This document shows positions 1 through 10,553 of a DNA stretch of 64,000 bases, piece by piece; position 1 is the stretch's first letter; each line of letters begins with the position of its first letter. The notes below the pieces were generated by a model. The model was given only the letters and a program-made list of their open reading frames with translations, was not told the origin of the DNA and ran no database searches. The stretch lies in the NCBI GenBank assembly GCA_017617125.1, contig JAFZWY010000051.1:16008-80007 (forward strand). Reading direction: 5' to 3'. The DNA comes from Bacteroidales bacterium. GTDB lineage: Bacteria > Bacteroidota > Bacteroidia > Bacteroidales > ML635J-15. The position numbers and the translations under genes were made by a program.

Positions 1-1273
1 GGCACCTAAGGACGGATACACAATCGATAAGTACAATTTCAACGGCAAAAAAGTATTGTTGCGTGTCGATTTCAACGTTCCGCTGGACGAGAACTTCAAC
101 ATTACCGACGACACCCGTATAGTATGCGAAGTTCCGACAATAAAGAAGATCTTGAAAGACGGTGGTGCTGTAATTATCATGTCGCACCTTGGTCGTCCGA
201 AGAAGGTTGACAATAAGTTCTCGCTCAAGCATATCGTTAAGCACGTAAGCGAATGCCTCGGCGTTCAAGTCCAGTTTGCCGACGACTGCCAGAAGGCTCA
301 GGCACAGGCTGCCGCACTGAAGCCAGGAGAAGTCCTTCTGCTCGAAAACTTGCGTTTCTACGCCGAAGAGGAAGGCAAACCACGAGGATTGGCTGACGAT
401 GCAACCGATGAGGAAAAGAAGGCTGCAAAAGCTGCCGTAAAGGAATCGCAGAAGGAGTTTGTAAAGACTCTCGCTTCGTATGGCGACTGCTATGTAAACG
501 ATGCCTTTGGTACCGCTCACCGCGCACATGCATCGACATATTATGTTGCAAAATACTTCCCGAAGGACAAGATGCTCGGTTACTTGGTTGAGAACGAGGT
601 CAACAATATAAACAAGGTGCTTACCACTGGCGAAAAGCCTGTTACGGCAATCGTTGGCGGTTCAAAGATTTCGACCAAGATTGATATTATCAAGTCGTTG
701 ATTACCAAGGTTGATAACCTTATTGTCGGTGGTGGTATTTCGTATACTTTCATCAAGGCTATGGGCGGAAATATAGGTCGCTCGCTGGCCGAGGACGATT
801 GTATTCCTATTGCAAACGAAATCCTCGATATGGCAAAGAAGCTGAACGTAAACCTCTATCTGCCGGTTGACTGCATGATAGGCGACAAGTTCGACAACGA
901 AGCCAACATTCACATGGCCGATGTCCGCAATGTTCCCGACGGCTGGGAAGGTATGGACATGGGTGTGAAGACAATCCAGCGTTACACCGAGGTTATCGAA
1001 AATTCGAAGACAATCCTTTGGAACGGACCTATGGGCGTGTTCGAGATGGAGCACTTCAGCAATGGTACTATGAAGGTTGCCTTGGCAGTTTGCCGTGCTA
1101 CCGAACTTGGCGCATTTACCCTTGTAGGTGGTGGCGACAGCATTGCTGCTCTCAACAAGTTCAACCTCAGCGAAAAGATTAGCTATGCTTCTACAGCAGG
1201 CGGTGCTTTGCTCGAATATATCGAGGGTAAGGAATTGCCGGGACTTAAGGCAATATCTTCCGATGAGATTTAA
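1..1273 (+). CDS. pgk: phosphoglycerate kinase, 5' end cut by the window edge
   Basis: ORF 56..1273 reads as canonical PGK ([10 protein letters not shown]..., [18 protein letters not shown]). The frame stays open upstream to base 2 (..[13 protein letters not shown]), so the true start lies before the window. Confidence 0.95.
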   Translation, partial: APKDGYTIDKYNFNGKKVLLRVDFNVPLDENFNITDDTRIVCEVPTIKKILKDGGAVIIMSHLGRPKKVDNKFSLKHIVKHVSECLGVQVQFADDCQKAQAQAAALKPGEVLLLENLRFYAEEEGKPRGLADDATDEEKKAAKAAVKESQKEFVKTLASYGDCYVNDAFGTAHRAHASTYYVAKYFPKDKMLGYLVENEVNNINKVLTTGEKPVTAIVGGSKISTKIDIIKSLITKVDNLIVGGGISYTFIKAMGGNIGRSLAEDDCIPIANEILDMAKKLNVNLYLPVDCMIGDKFDNEANIHMADVRNVPDGWEGMDMGVKTIQRYTEVIENSKTILWNGPMGVFEMEHFSNGTMKVALAVCRATELGAFTLVGGGDSIAALNKFNLSEKISYASTAGGALLEYIEGKELPGLKAISSDEI

Positions 1274-1297
1274 TATAGATCGTTGATATAATGAAAA

Positions 1298-1324
1298 GAG
1301 GTTCCTTTGGAGCCTCTTTTTTTT
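1298..1324 (+). terminator. rho-independent terminator after pgk
   Basis: An 8-bp stem (gaggttcc / ggagcctc, one G-U pair) is followed by a T8 run. Confidence 0.75.
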
Positions 1325-1334
1325 GCTTGTATAC

Positions 1335-1363
1335 ACAAAAAATAGGCTCGGGATTCCGAGCCT
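1335..1363 (-). terminator. rho-independent terminator after the lipoprotein gene
   Basis: Perfect hairpin aggctcgg-gatt-ccgagcct. On the minus strand it is followed by attttttg. Confidence 0.7.
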
Positions 1364-1389
1364 ATTATAATTTTTAGGTTGTGTTCAAA

Positions 1390-2238
1390 TTACTTTGCTG
1401 CAGGAGCAGGAGTTTCAGCCTTCTTGTACTTGAAAACAAGAACATTACCAGTAGTAGTGCTGTTCTGACCAGCTACATAGTCAACAAGTACATATTCGCC
1501 AGCTGCATTGTGGCTAACGAAATAAAGTTCGCTGTAAGGATGTGATTTACCAAGGTTTGTTGTTGGGAATTCATATTCTCCAGTTACAGGAGTACCATTG
1601 TTGAATGCTTCAACAAGAGCTTCGTTAGAAGTCAAGTTTTCGATGCTTTCTACAAATACCCAGCTTGCACCAGTTGTTGGCTTTGCTTTGTAATTTGCAT
1701 TACCATCTTGACCAACAGCTTCTACACCAATGGTTTCATCTTTTGCCTTGCAAGTTACACCATTGTAGTTAGCCCAGTTCTGGTTTCCAAGGATGATGTT
1801 TTCGCTCCATTCAGCAGCGATAGGAGTAGCAGTTTGAGTAATAGTGATAGTGTGAGTCTTTGAACCCTGGTTGTCCTTCTTGTCAGCAGCAACTACTGAG
1901 TAGTCTACAGTGTAGCCAGCAGCAAGATCTGCCTTTACCAAAGTGTCAGGAATTTCGAATGTGTATTCAGCCATACCTTCATAATCGCTGCTTTCGAATT
2001 CGTAAGCTGTAGTTTTTACAGTTTCTTCACCATTCTTAACAACCTTTGATACTTCGATGGTCTTAATACCAGCGTCAGCCGTTACTTTACACATAATAGA
2101 AACAGGCATTGTTGCTGCAGAGGAGAGGTCGTAGTTGATAGTTTCACAAGTCATGTCGACTGTAACAGTCTTTTCACCGCAGCTGCAGAAGAATGCAACA
2201 GCAGCAACCAAAATCATAGCAATTTTTAAGTTTTTCAT
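1390..2238 (-). CDS. hypothetical lipoprotein (282 aa)
   Basis: The internal Met gives MKNLKIAMILVAAVAFFCSCGEK, a signal peptide with a lipobox Cys. No recognisable catalytic motif. It has its own -7 box and terminator. Confidence 0.7.
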   Translation of the reverse strand: MKNLKIAMILVAAVAFFCSCGEKTVTVDMTCETINYDLSSAATMPVSIMCKVTADAGIKTIEVSKVVKNGEETVKTTAYEFESSDYEGMAEYTFEIPDTLVKADLAAGYTVDYSVVAADKKDNQGSKTHTITITQTATPIAAEWSENIILGNQNWANYNGVTCKAKDETIGVEAVGQDGNANYKAKPTTGASWVFVESIENLTSNEALVEAFNNGTPVTGEYEFPTTNLGKSHPYSELYFVSHNAAGEYVLVDYVAGQNSTTTGNVLVFKYKKAETPAPAAK

Positions 2239-2296
2239 TGTTCTAAAATTTAAGTTATACAATAATTAATTAAATTTTCAATTCGTTTACAAGCCA

Positions 2297-2304
2297 CAAA
2301 GATA
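2297..2304 (-). promoter_or_regulatory. Bacteroidetes -7 promoter box (TATCTTTG on the minus strand)
   Basis: Plus strand reads caaagata, which is TAnnTTTG on the minus strand, upstream of the lipoprotein start at 2238. Confidence 0.5.
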
Positions 2305-2390
2305 GACTTATTTTTTAACATTGTTATTATTATTAACTTTTTTTTTGAAAAATATTTTTGGAGAGATAGTTTTTTAATCGACTAATCGAC

Positions 2391-2430
2391 CAAAAGAAAC
2401 AGCCTTGCAATCGAACAGATTACAAGGCTG
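2391..2430 (-). terminator. rho-independent terminator after the M16 peptidase gene
   Basis: An 8-bp stem (cagccttg / caaggctg) is followed on the minus strand by tttcttttgg. Confidence 0.65.
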
Positions 2431-2485
2431 TCAGTATGTTACGCTATATGGCCCAGGCTTTAAAGCCTGCAAGCCAGTCAGCTTT

Positions 2486-5419
2486 CTAGTAGTTGAAAAC
2501 TTCGTCGACTGTAAGTTCCTTTACGTCGCCGTAAGTCTTGAGCAGGTTGAAATCAACCTTTTCCTTCGGACCTACAATCATAATGTCGTAGGTTTTGCCC
2601 TGAATGTGCTCGTTGAAGAACTTGGTTGCATCTTCGAGAGTGAAGTTCTTTACTGCATCGTAAACCTCCTTGCGGTAGTCGTTTTCGATTCCGAGTTCCT
2701 TATTTGCAAGGTAGCTCCAGAAGATACCGCTCTTTATGATTCTTTCGGTGTTAATCTGGCTGATAATTGCCTGACGGCTGATTTCGAAAGATTCGGGCGA
2801 CTGCTTGAGTTCGGTCATTAGTTCGCCGAGAGCATCGAGAGCTTCCTTCATCTTGTCTGGCTGGGTGCTGAGGTATCCAATTACGTAGTTCGATTCATCA
2901 ATCTTAGATGCTTCGTCGTATCCTGCGTAGCAACCGTATGCCAAGCTCTTTGCTTCACGGATTTCCTGGAATACTATGCTCGACATTGAACCACCGTAGT
3001 ATTCGTTGAACATTGCCGTAATTGGCATCAACGATTTGTCGAACTTAATATCTTTTGAAACCAATTCGATGAATACCTGTGTCATCGGGTAGTTTACAAA
3101 GAGAACCTGTGGCTTGTCGTAGTCGCGTTCTACAAACTTCTTTGCTTCCGGATAGTCCTTGTATTCGCCAGAAACGTTGTGGTTTTCCTTTATGACTTTA
3201 ACAACGTCGTCCATCTTGCGAGGACCATAGTAGAAGATCTGGTGCTTGTAGTTGAGCATACCTTTTATAATATTGGTAAGTTCTTCTGGGTCGATTGCTT
3301 TAAGTTCTTCCTCGCTGAGGTTGTTTGTGAAGCGTGATTCCTCACCGTACTTTGAGCGTGATACAAGTCCGCCAAGGATAGCGTTCTTGTTAAGCTTAGT
3401 GTTGGCGCGTCCCTTAAGTATGCTGTTTACATATTCGTCGTAAACATCCTTGTCGGGCTTAACGTTTGCAAGGATTTCTTCCATAAGCTTCATTGCTGTT
3501 TCAAGGTTCTCATCGAGACCGCTGATGTAAACATAGCATCTGTCAGAACCGCTGCTTACATAGAAGTTGCAACCAAGACGGTACCATTCTTCTGCAAGTT
3601 TTTCAACGCTCTTTTCAGTAGTACCCAGATAGTCGAGATAATCAACAGCAAGAGCCAATTTCTTGTCGTTGTCCTTGCCCATATCAAGAATATAGTACAA
3701 TGAGAACAATTCGTTTGTTTCGTTCTTAATGTAGCTCATCGGCAAGTCCTTTGCAATGTCGGTAGTTTTGATTTTTGCCTTGTAGTCTACAAATTCGGGG
3801 CTTATTGCAGCAGGCTCTTCCTTCTTGAGTTCGGTTACGAATGCCGATTCACTTGTGCGGTCGATGTTGAGCTGGGTAATAGCCGGCTTGTCAACGTGCA
3901 TTACATTGTCAGGCTCACCCATACGCTTGTATGCAACAAGGTAGTTGTCCTTGAAGAATTCATTTGCAAACTTCACGATAGAGTCTTTAGTCATCTTTTC
4001 GTAGTTTTCGATGTCGAAGATTTCTTCTTCCCAAGGAGTTTGTGAAATGAATGCGTCTACAAACGAGTAGGCAATCCGATTTCCTTCGATTTGCCTAATC
4101 TGGACAAGCTTTCTTTCGTTTACAATAGCTTCGAGCAGCCAGTCTTCGAATTCGCCCTTCTTAACCTTTTCGAGTTCGGCCATGAGCAAGTCCTTAACTT
4201 CTTCGAGGCTCTGTCCTTCGCGTGGCATACCAACCATTTCGAACATTCCATAGTCGTTGAGAGCATAGCCGTATGCGTATGCGTTCATTACCTTCTGTGC
4301 GGTGACGAGGTCGAGGTCCATGAGACCAGCCTTGCCGTTATGTAGGATTAGACCAATCATAGCCAAGTACTTTGATTCCTGCGACTTGTTGCCCTGTGAA
4401 CGCCATACAACGCTTACATTTTCTGGTTCTGGTCCGTGGATTTCGATTTCGTCAATTGCTGTGCGTTCTTCTTCGGGAGTGTAGGTGAATTCTGGTACAT
4501 TCGGGTTCTTTTCCATTTTGCCCCAGTACTTGTCGATAATCTTGATGGTCTCTTCGAAATCGAGGTCACCCGACATACATATTGCCATGTTGTTAGGAAC
4601 ATAGTAGTTTGCCTTGAACTTCATAACGTTTGCCATCGACGGATTTTTCAGGTGTTCGCCCTTGCCGATGATAGCAGTTCCGTATGGATGGTTCTTGAAG
4701 AGTTTTGCAAAGATGGTGTTGCTAAGTCTGCGGCTGTCCCGGTCCTGGTTCATGTTGAACTCTTCGAAGATAGTTTCGAGTTCGGTGTGGAAGAGACGGA
4801 GAACAAGGTTCTGGAATCTTTCACTTTCAACCTTTGCCCAGCGGTCGATTTCGTTGGATGGGATTTCGTTTACATAAACGGTTTCGTCGTACGATGTCCA
4901 AGCGTTTGTGCCTGTTGCACCGAGAATCGAGCAAATCTTGTCGTACTCGTTAGCGATTGCGTACTGTGAAGCAACCTGCGAAAGGCTGTCGATCTGAGCA
5001 TAGATAGCAGCTTTCTTTTCGGGGTCGGTTTCGGCAGCGTGTTCTTCAAACTTGTCGCTGATAGCCTGGATGAGAACTTTTTCCTTTTCCCAGTCCTTTG
5101 TACCAATCTTGTCTGATCCCTTGAACATCATGTGTTCGAAGTAGTGTGCAAGACCAGTAGTTTCGCGTGGGTCGTTCTTTGCACCTGCTCTTACTGCGAT
5201 GTAGGTTTGTATTCTTGGCTCGTCCTTGTTTACTGCGAGGTAAACCTTCAAGCCGTTGTCCAATGTGTAGATACGAGTACCCGACGGGTCGTTCTCTACA
5301 TATTCGTAGTTGTATCCGTTGGCGTCCTTGGCTGTCTTGGTCTCGTGACCGGTGTTACCCTTTTTGCAGCCTGCCATTGCGAATACCAATGCCAGAATAA
5401 TTAATGCATACTTTTTCAT
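2486..5419 (-). CDS. M16 (insulinase/pitrilysin) family zinc peptidase, lipoprotein, two-lobed (977 aa)
   Basis: Inverted zinc motif HYFEHMMFKG (HxxEH). The length fits fused active plus inactive M16 halves. Start chosen at MKKYALIILALVFAMAGCKK (signal peptide plus lipobox). Confidence 0.9.
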   Translation of the reverse strand: MKKYALIILALVFAMAGCKKGNTGHETKTAKDANGYNYEYVENDPSGTRIYTLDNGLKVYLAVNKDEPRIQTYIAVRAGAKNDPRETTGLAHYFEHMMFKGSDKIGTKDWEKEKVLIQAISDKFEEHAAETDPEKKAAIYAQIDSLSQVASQYAIANEYDKICSILGATGTNAWTSYDETVYVNEIPSNEIDRWAKVESERFQNLVLRLFHTELETIFEEFNMNQDRDSRRLSNTIFAKLFKNHPYGTAIIGKGEHLKNPSMANVMKFKANYYVPNNMAICMSGDLDFEETIKIIDKYWGKMEKNPNVPEFTYTPEEERTAIDEIEIHGPEPENVSVVWRSQGNKSQESKYLAMIGLILHNGKAGLMDLDLVTAQKVMNAYAYGYALNDYGMFEMVGMPREGQSLEEVKDLLMAELEKVKKGEFEDWLLEAIVNERKLVQIRQIEGNRIAYSFVDAFISQTPWEEEIFDIENYEKMTKDSIVKFANEFFKDNYLVAYKRMGEPDNVMHVDKPAITQLNIDRTSESAFVTELKKEEPAAISPEFVDYKAKIKTTDIAKDLPMSYIKNETNELFSLYYILDMGKDNDKKLALAVDYLDYLGTTEKSVEKLAEEWYRLGCNFYVSSGSDRCYVYISGLDENLETAMKLMEEILANVKPDKDVYDEYVNSILKGRANTKLNKNAILGGLVSRSKYGEESRFTNNLSEEELKAIDPEELTNIIKGMLNYKHQIFYYGPRKMDDVVKVIKENHNVSGEYKDYPEAKKFVERDYDKPQVLFVNYPMTQVFIELVSKDIKFDKSLMPITAMFNEYYGGSMSSIVFQEIREAKSLAYGCYAGYDEASKIDESNYVIGYLSTQPDKMKEALDALGELMTELKQSPESFEISRQAIISQINTERIIKSGIFWSYLANKELGIENDYRKEVYDAVKNFTLEDATKFFNEHIQGKTYDIMIVGPKEKVDFNLLKTYGDVKELTVDEVFNY

Positions 5420-5453
5420 AAAATATTTGATTTGATTAATTTCCTCATAGAAG

Positions 5454-5481
5454 AAAAAAGGCTGCATTTACAGCCTTTTTT
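5454..5481 (-). terminator. bidirectional hairpin terminator between secDF and the M16 gene
   Basis: Stem ggctg / cagcc, flanked by an A6 run upstream and a T6 run downstream. Confidence 0.65.
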
Positions 5482-5491
5482 CAAAATATCT

Positions 5492-8400
5492 TTATTCCTT
5501 ATTTACTTCACCTTTCTTCTTGCCAACTCCAAAGATGTAAGCCATTGGGGAGGCGATGAAGATTGAAGAGTAGGTACCAACGATGACACCGATGAGCAAT
5601 GCGAAGCAGAAGCCTCTGATTGATTCACCGCCGAAGATGAATATTGCGAGCAATACCACCAAGGTTGTCATTGAGGTGTTGATTGTACGGCCAACTGTGC
5701 TGTTTACTGCCGAGTTGATAACCGACTTCCTGTCGCGGTTGGGGTACAAGCCAGTGTATTCCCTGATACGGTCGAAGATAACCACGGTATCGTTGATTGA
5801 GTAACCTACGATTGTCAAGATTGCTGCGATGAATGCCTGGTCGATTTCCATGTTGAACGGCATTACAGCGTAGAGCAGTGAGAAAAGACCAAGGGTTATC
5901 AAAACGTCGTGTACCAAAGCGATAGTTGCACCGAGAGAGTACTGCCACTTACGGAACCTGAGGAGGATGTAGAGGAACATAACCACAAGTCCGAGGAGGA
6001 TAGCTACAGATGACTTTGTCTTGATGTCGTCGGCAACTGTAGGACCTACAACCTGCGATGTCTGGCGGTATTGTTCGAAGAATGTACGTTCGTCAACACC
6101 ATCGGGCAGGAACTTGCCGTTCTTCAAGCCAGTGTAAAGGAGATTGTCAGCTTCTTCGCCGGCAGCCTTGTCCTTTATCTGGTCAATCTTGTACTGGGTT
6201 GTAATCTTAACCTGGTTTGCATCACCGAAAGTCTTTACAATAGGACGGTCGCCGTATACATCTTCGAGTGCAATTGCAATCTGTTCGGGTTCTACATTGT
6301 TTTCGAACTTAACAACATAGTTACGACCACCTGTGAAGTCGATACCCTGCTTCAAGCCTAAAGTGCACAACGAGATGATACCAACTACTATCAAAGTACC
6401 AGAAATGATGAATGCAATCTTGCTACCCTTCAGGAAGTCGAAGTGCAAGTTGGTGAATGCATTGTTTGTAAGCTTGTTGCCAACGGTAATCTTTCTGTCC
6501 TTGTCGAGCATCTTGGTGAAGATGATACGTGTGATGAAGATTGCTGTGAACAACGAAGTGAGGATACCTATAATAAGAGTAGTTGCGAAACCTCTAACAG
6601 GACCAACACCGAAGTAAGCAAGAACTATACCTATAAGAATAGTAGTGATGTTGGAGTCGAGGATTGCCGAATATGCGTTCTTGTAACCGTCTGCTACAGC
6701 CGACTTGATCATCTTGCCGGCTCTCATTTCTTCGCGGATACGTTCGTAAATAAGAACGTTAGCATCGACCGACATACCTATTGTAAGTACCATACCTGCG
6801 ATACCAGGGAGAGTGAGTACTGCACCGAGTGATGCCATTACACCGAAAATGAGGAAGAGGTTGCAAATCAAAGCAACGTCGGCAACAAGACCAGCCTTGT
6901 TGTAGTAGAAAATCATGTAGATAAGTACAAGGATGAAAGCGATGATGAACGAGTACATACCCGAGTCGATAGCTTTCTGACCAAGTGACGGACCAACAAC
7001 TTCCTTTGAAAGGATTACTGCTGGAGCAGTCATCTTACCAGCCTTGAGTACGTTTGCTAAGTCGGTAGCCTCTTCGAGAGTGAAGTTACCAGTAATCTGA
7101 GAACGTCCGCCCTTGATTTCATCGTTTACGTTTGGTGCCGAATATACAGCGCCGTCGAGAACGATTGCAATTGCACGGTTGATGTTTTCCTTAGTGATTC
7201 TTGCCCACTGGGTAGAACCTGCATTGTTCATTGCCATTGTTACTTCGGCAGTTGCGCTTGTCTGACCGAATTCCTGACGTGCATCGGTAACAACTTCGCC
7301 GTTGAGAGCAGCCTTTCCGTCCTTCGAAGCCTTGAGAGCATAGAGTTCGTAGTATCCAGGAGCTTCCTTGAGTTCCTTGAATCCCCATGCAAACGAGAGG
7401 TCTTTCTTGAAGAGGCTCTTTACGTCCTTGCGGTTGAGGTCGGCCATTACCGATTCCATGTCGGCCTTCTTTGCGAAACCTACTACAGGACCACCAACGG
7501 TACGTCCGCCAGCCTGCTGGAGCAGACGGTTGAATATCGAGTATTCGGCGTCGGCTGCATTAGCAGTAGTTTCTTCAGCCTTGGTGCTGTCGGCAACTGC
7601 AGTAGTGTCGGCTTCTGCGATTACTGGTTCAGCAACAGTGTCGGCTTCGACATTTGCGTTACCTCTTGTTGCTTCGGCCTTCTTAGCGGCAACGATTGCC
7701 TGGTCGGCAGCAATAAGAGAACTCTGAATTTCATTATAGTTGTAGGTTTCCCAGAATTCGAGAACAGCAGCCTGCTTCAAGAGCTTTTCTACACGTTCAG
7801 GATCTTTGATACCTGGAAGTTCGATGTGGAACACACCCTTTACAGCAACGTCCTTCTGGATGTTAGGCTGAACAACACCGAACTGGTCGATACGCTTGTT
7901 GATAACGTCGTAAGCATTACCGATTGCAGCATCGTATTCCTTGGTGAGGTAGCTGACAACTTCCTCGTCGGTAGATGTGATGCTTATCTTGTCCTGGTTC
8001 TGTGAAGTTGCAAACAATGCAGCCATTGCCGGCTTGTCGGCCATTTGCATTTCCTTGTAAGCCTTGCCAAAACTTTCTATGAAATTGGTACCTGTCTGGT
8101 CCGAAGTCTGCTTTCCAGCTTCTTCGATGGCCTTGAGCAATGCGGGATTGTTGTTGTCCCTAGCCAACGACATTAGTACATCTTCTGCTGAAATTTCCAA
8201 CGAAATGTTCATACCGCCCTTGAGGTCCAAGCCCAAGTTAAGTTCTCTTTCCTTGCAATCCTTGTAGGTGTATTTTCTTAAAAGCCTGTACACCACCTGA
8301 TTGTCAACTGAATCCAAGTACGCCTTTTTCTGTTTGTCGATCAACACGTTGCGGTCGGCGTCTGTAAGATTGCTGTAATTTCCGTTATCGACGTATGCCT

Positions 8401-8518
8401 GTGCGTATTCTTCAGCATCGCCTTCTACCTTGTTAACTACAAAGGTGAACGAAAGGTAGTACAAGCTGATGAGTGCAAGCAGTACCGATAATAAAATAAT
8501 CGCTCCTCTGTTACGCAT
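5492..8518 (-). CDS. secDF: protein translocase subunit SecDF (fused SecD-SecF, 1008 aa)
   Basis: N-terminal TM helix, a large periplasmic domain and two 6-TM blocks with SecD/SecF signatures (GLDLKGG, SVDANVLIYERIREE, INDTVVIFDRIRE). Confidence 0.95.
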   Translation of the reverse strand: MRNRGAIILLSVLLALISLYYLSFTFVVNKVEGDAEEYAQAYVDNGNYSNLTDADRNVLIDKQKKAYLDSVDNQVVYRLLRKYTYKDCKERELNLGLDLKGGMNISLEISAEDVLMSLARDNNNPALLKAIEEAGKQTSDQTGTNFIESFGKAYKEMQMADKPAMAALFATSQNQDKISITSTDEEVVSYLTKEYDAAIGNAYDVINKRIDQFGVVQPNIQKDVAVKGVFHIELPGIKDPERVEKLLKQAAVLEFWETYNYNEIQSSLIAADQAIVAAKKAEATRGNANVEADTVAEPVIAEADTTAVADSTKAEETTANAADAEYSIFNRLLQQAGGRTVGGPVVGFAKKADMESVMADLNRKDVKSLFKKDLSFAWGFKELKEAPGYYELYALKASKDGKAALNGEVVTDARQEFGQTSATAEVTMAMNNAGSTQWARITKENINRAIAIVLDGAVYSAPNVNDEIKGGRSQITGNFTLEEATDLANVLKAGKMTAPAVILSKEVVGPSLGQKAIDSGMYSFIIAFILVLIYMIFYYNKAGLVADVALICNLFLIFGVMASLGAVLTLPGIAGMVLTIGMSVDANVLIYERIREEMRAGKMIKSAVADGYKNAYSAILDSNITTILIGIVLAYFGVGPVRGFATTLIIGILTSLFTAIFITRIIFTKMLDKDRKITVGNKLTNNAFTNLHFDFLKGSKIAFIISGTLIVVGIISLCTLGLKQGIDFTGGRNYVVKFENNVEPEQIAIALEDVYGDRPIVKTFGDANQVKITTQYKIDQIKDKAAGEEADNLLYTGLKNGKFLPDGVDERTFFEQYRQTSQVVGPTVADDIKTKSSVAILLGLVVMFLYILLRFRKWQYSLGATIALVHDVLITLGLFSLLYAVMPFNMEIDQAFIAAILTIVGYSINDTVVIFDRIREYTGLYPNRDRKSVINSAVNSTVGRTINTSMTTLVVLLAIFIFGGESIRGFCFALLIGVIVGTYSSIFIASPMAYIFGVGKKKGEVNKE

Positions 8519-8564
8519 TTTTACTAAAATTTTTTAACTAAATTACACTATATTTTTAAGGTCG

Positions 8565-8572
8565 CAAATATA
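8565..8572 (-). promoter_or_regulatory. -7 promoter box (TATATTTG on the minus strand) for secDF
   Basis: Plus strand reads caaatata, 47 nt upstream of the secDF ATG. Confidence 0.55.
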
Positions 8573-8620
8573 GTGTTTTTTTGAAACATACAGACCGATT
8601 ATTTTTTTTATTTTTTTTCT

Positions 8621-9073
8621 TCAGTTTTCCACGCTCATCGACCCTTTCCCAAAGTCGATTATCGCCTTGTATTTCCTCATGAAATCGCTGCCCAGTATGC
8701 CTATGATGCGTTGTCCTAACATGCTTTCGTAGAGGGAGTTTATTTGTTCAAGGCTGATGAATACGCCACGGTTTATGTTTACCTTGAACCTTCCGATTGC
8801 AAAATCCTTGATCTTCCCGATTTTTACATCGTCGATGGCTGCATTGAGGCTGAAATTCTTGTTTGTTCCCTTCAATTCGTGCAGACGAATGCCAGCAAAC
8901 ACTTCCGAACCGCTGTCGAAGACTGTATTCGAACAGCCTGTGTCGATGAGCATCAGCGACTTGGTGCCGCCAACTTTACATCTTACGAATATATGTTTGC
9001 CTCCGCCTTCGAGCGACTTAATTATTATCCGGCTCGTGTATTGTTTCGGCTGTTGTTTGTTCTGTATTGTCAT
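8621..9073 (-). CDS. retropepsin-like (clan AA) aspartic protease, single domain (150 aa)
   Basis: LMLIDTGCSNTVFD carries the D-T-G catalytic triplet, and a later IIGILGSDFM matches the pepsin/retropepsin fold pattern. The only Met upstream of DTG is at 9073. Confidence 0.7.
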   Translation of the reverse strand: MTIQNKQQPKQYTSRIIIKSLEGGGKHIFVRCKVGGTKSLMLIDTGCSNTVFDSGSEVFAGIRLHELKGTNKNFSLNAAIDDVKIGKIKDFAIGRFKVNINRGVFISLEQINSLYESMLGQRIIGILGSDFMRKYKAIIDFGKGSMSVEN

Positions 9074-10319
9074 TTCCTGTTTGGTTTTCTATTGGGAGTA
9101 CTGTTGCTATATCCTCCGTTTCCTTGTGATTCTTTTTCTTTCCCAGTATGATTATGAGCAGACTGCACATTATTATGCTGGTAAGTACTACTGCATAGCC
9201 AATCTCTGCGATTTCCTGTCCGTACGGAAGTCCTTCCTGCAACGGAATCGAGGCCAAAATTGCCGGCACGAGCCCCTTCGGCATCATCACTGACATAAGC
9301 AGCTTGTCGTCGGGTGTGCAGTCTTTCCTGACCATGAGCCTCATTGTCGGTATTCTTGCAAGTATTACAAGGCAGACTATCATTGTGGATATCAGGTAAA
9401 TCATCGGTGTGCCGAATTCGATTACAATTCCGATATAAACGAAGAAATATGTCTGCAGTACGAATACTATTTCGGAAAAGAAGTTCTTTTCGTTGTCGTT
9501 TAGCTTGGCGGTTTCAATCCTGAAGATGCGTTTCCACAGCTTCATCTTGTCGAAATATTCCGAATTGCCAAGCACAATGCCGAACGATAATGCTGCAATT
9601 CCGCCGTTGAGTCCGAGTAGTTCGGCGCCGCCATAAACAATGAAAACCAATGCAAGCGTAGTAAACATGGAATTTTTGATTCCTCGTATCCAGTTGAGCA
9701 GCAGGCTCCATGCAAATCCGCAGAAAAGTCCTAGCAATATTGCCAGAAGAAACGATTTTGCCATGTCCCCGAGAATAGTGGTGGCTTCAATGTCGCCAGC
9801 CTTCATGCTTTCGAGCACTGCCAGACCTACAACAAGACAGAGCACATCGGTAAATGCCGACTCGAGCAAAAGTACGGTTCCCGCCTTATGCCCCATGTTT
9901 AGCTGCCGCACCATTGGAATTACAACTGCCGACGATGTGCCGCCAAGTATCGAGCCGAGGAAAAGTGCGGTAGTAAAGTCGAAGTTGGCAAGCCACATGG
10001 TGATGCCAACAACTATTCCTGCCGAGAATATGAAATTTATTATCGTTACCAGCGTTGCCGACAAGATAGATGACTTTAGTTCCTGGAGTTTCAGTCCTAC
10101 GCCGCTTTCGAAAAGTATTATTATCAAGGTTATGGTGGTAAATACGCGACCGACTTCGCCAAAATACATTTTGTTGTCGATGAAAAAACCTACAATTATA
10201 CCAATAGTAATTAAAATTAATACATTTGGTATCTTTGTCTTGTCGAAAAGCTTGTTTAGTAGGTGGCTAAAGAAGATTAAACCGCCCAAAAACATGACAA
10301 TTATTGTAATTTTTTCCAT
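9018..10319 (-). CDS. cation:proton antiporter (CPA1/NhaP-like Na+/H+ exchanger, 433 aa)
   Basis: About 11-12 TM helices. The composition is typical of the Na_H_Exchanger family, with a hydrophilic C-terminal tail. Confidence 0.85.
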   Translation of the reverse strand: MEKITIIVMFLGGLIFFSHLLNKLFDKTKIPNVLILITIGIIVGFFIDNKMYFGEVGRVFTTITLIIILFESGVGLKLQELKSSILSATLVTIINFIFSAGIVVGITMWLANFDFTTALFLGSILGGTSSAVVIPMVRQLNMGHKAGTVLLLESAFTDVLCLVVGLAVLESMKAGDIEATTILGDMAKSFLLAILLGLFCGFAWSLLLNWIRGIKNSMFTTLALVFIVYGGAELLGLNGGIAALSFGIVLGNSEYFDKMKLWKRIFRIETAKLNDNEKNFFSEIVFVLQTYFFVYIGIVIEFGTPMIYLISTMIVCLVILARIPTMRLMVRKDCTPDDKLLMSVMMPKGLVPAILASIPLQEGLPYGQEIAEIGYAVVLTSIIMCSLLIIILGKKKNHKETEDIATVLPIENQTGNDNTEQTTAETIHEPDNN

Positions 10320-10394
10320 TACCGATTAAACCTTTTGATGTTTCTTTAGTCTATACTATAGTTTTGATTTTATGTATATATAATCAAAAGTACG

Positions 10395-10402
10395 CAAATA
10401 TA
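10395..10402 (-). promoter_or_regulatory. -7 promoter box (TATATTTG on the minus strand) for the antiporter gene
   Basis: Plus strand reads caaatata, 76 nt upstream of the ATG at 10319. Confidence 0.5.
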
Positions 10403-10480
10403 ATATTTTCCTTTTGGAAAAAATTTTTCTGATAAAGGAAATACAGGATTAGGTTAGTAATTTGCTTTTTTCATAGGGTT

Positions 10481-10517
10481 CCGTCCGGTGATTCTCAGTC
10501 ATCGGACGGGTTTTTTT
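10481..10517 (+). terminator. orphan plus-strand rho-independent terminator
   Basis: Stem ccgtccg / cggacgg (7 bp, 15-nt loop) followed by g + T7. No plus-strand gene precedes it. Confidence 0.5.
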
Positions 10518-10553
10518 ATGCCTGCGGCGTTTCAAAGTTTCAAAAAAAGGAAT

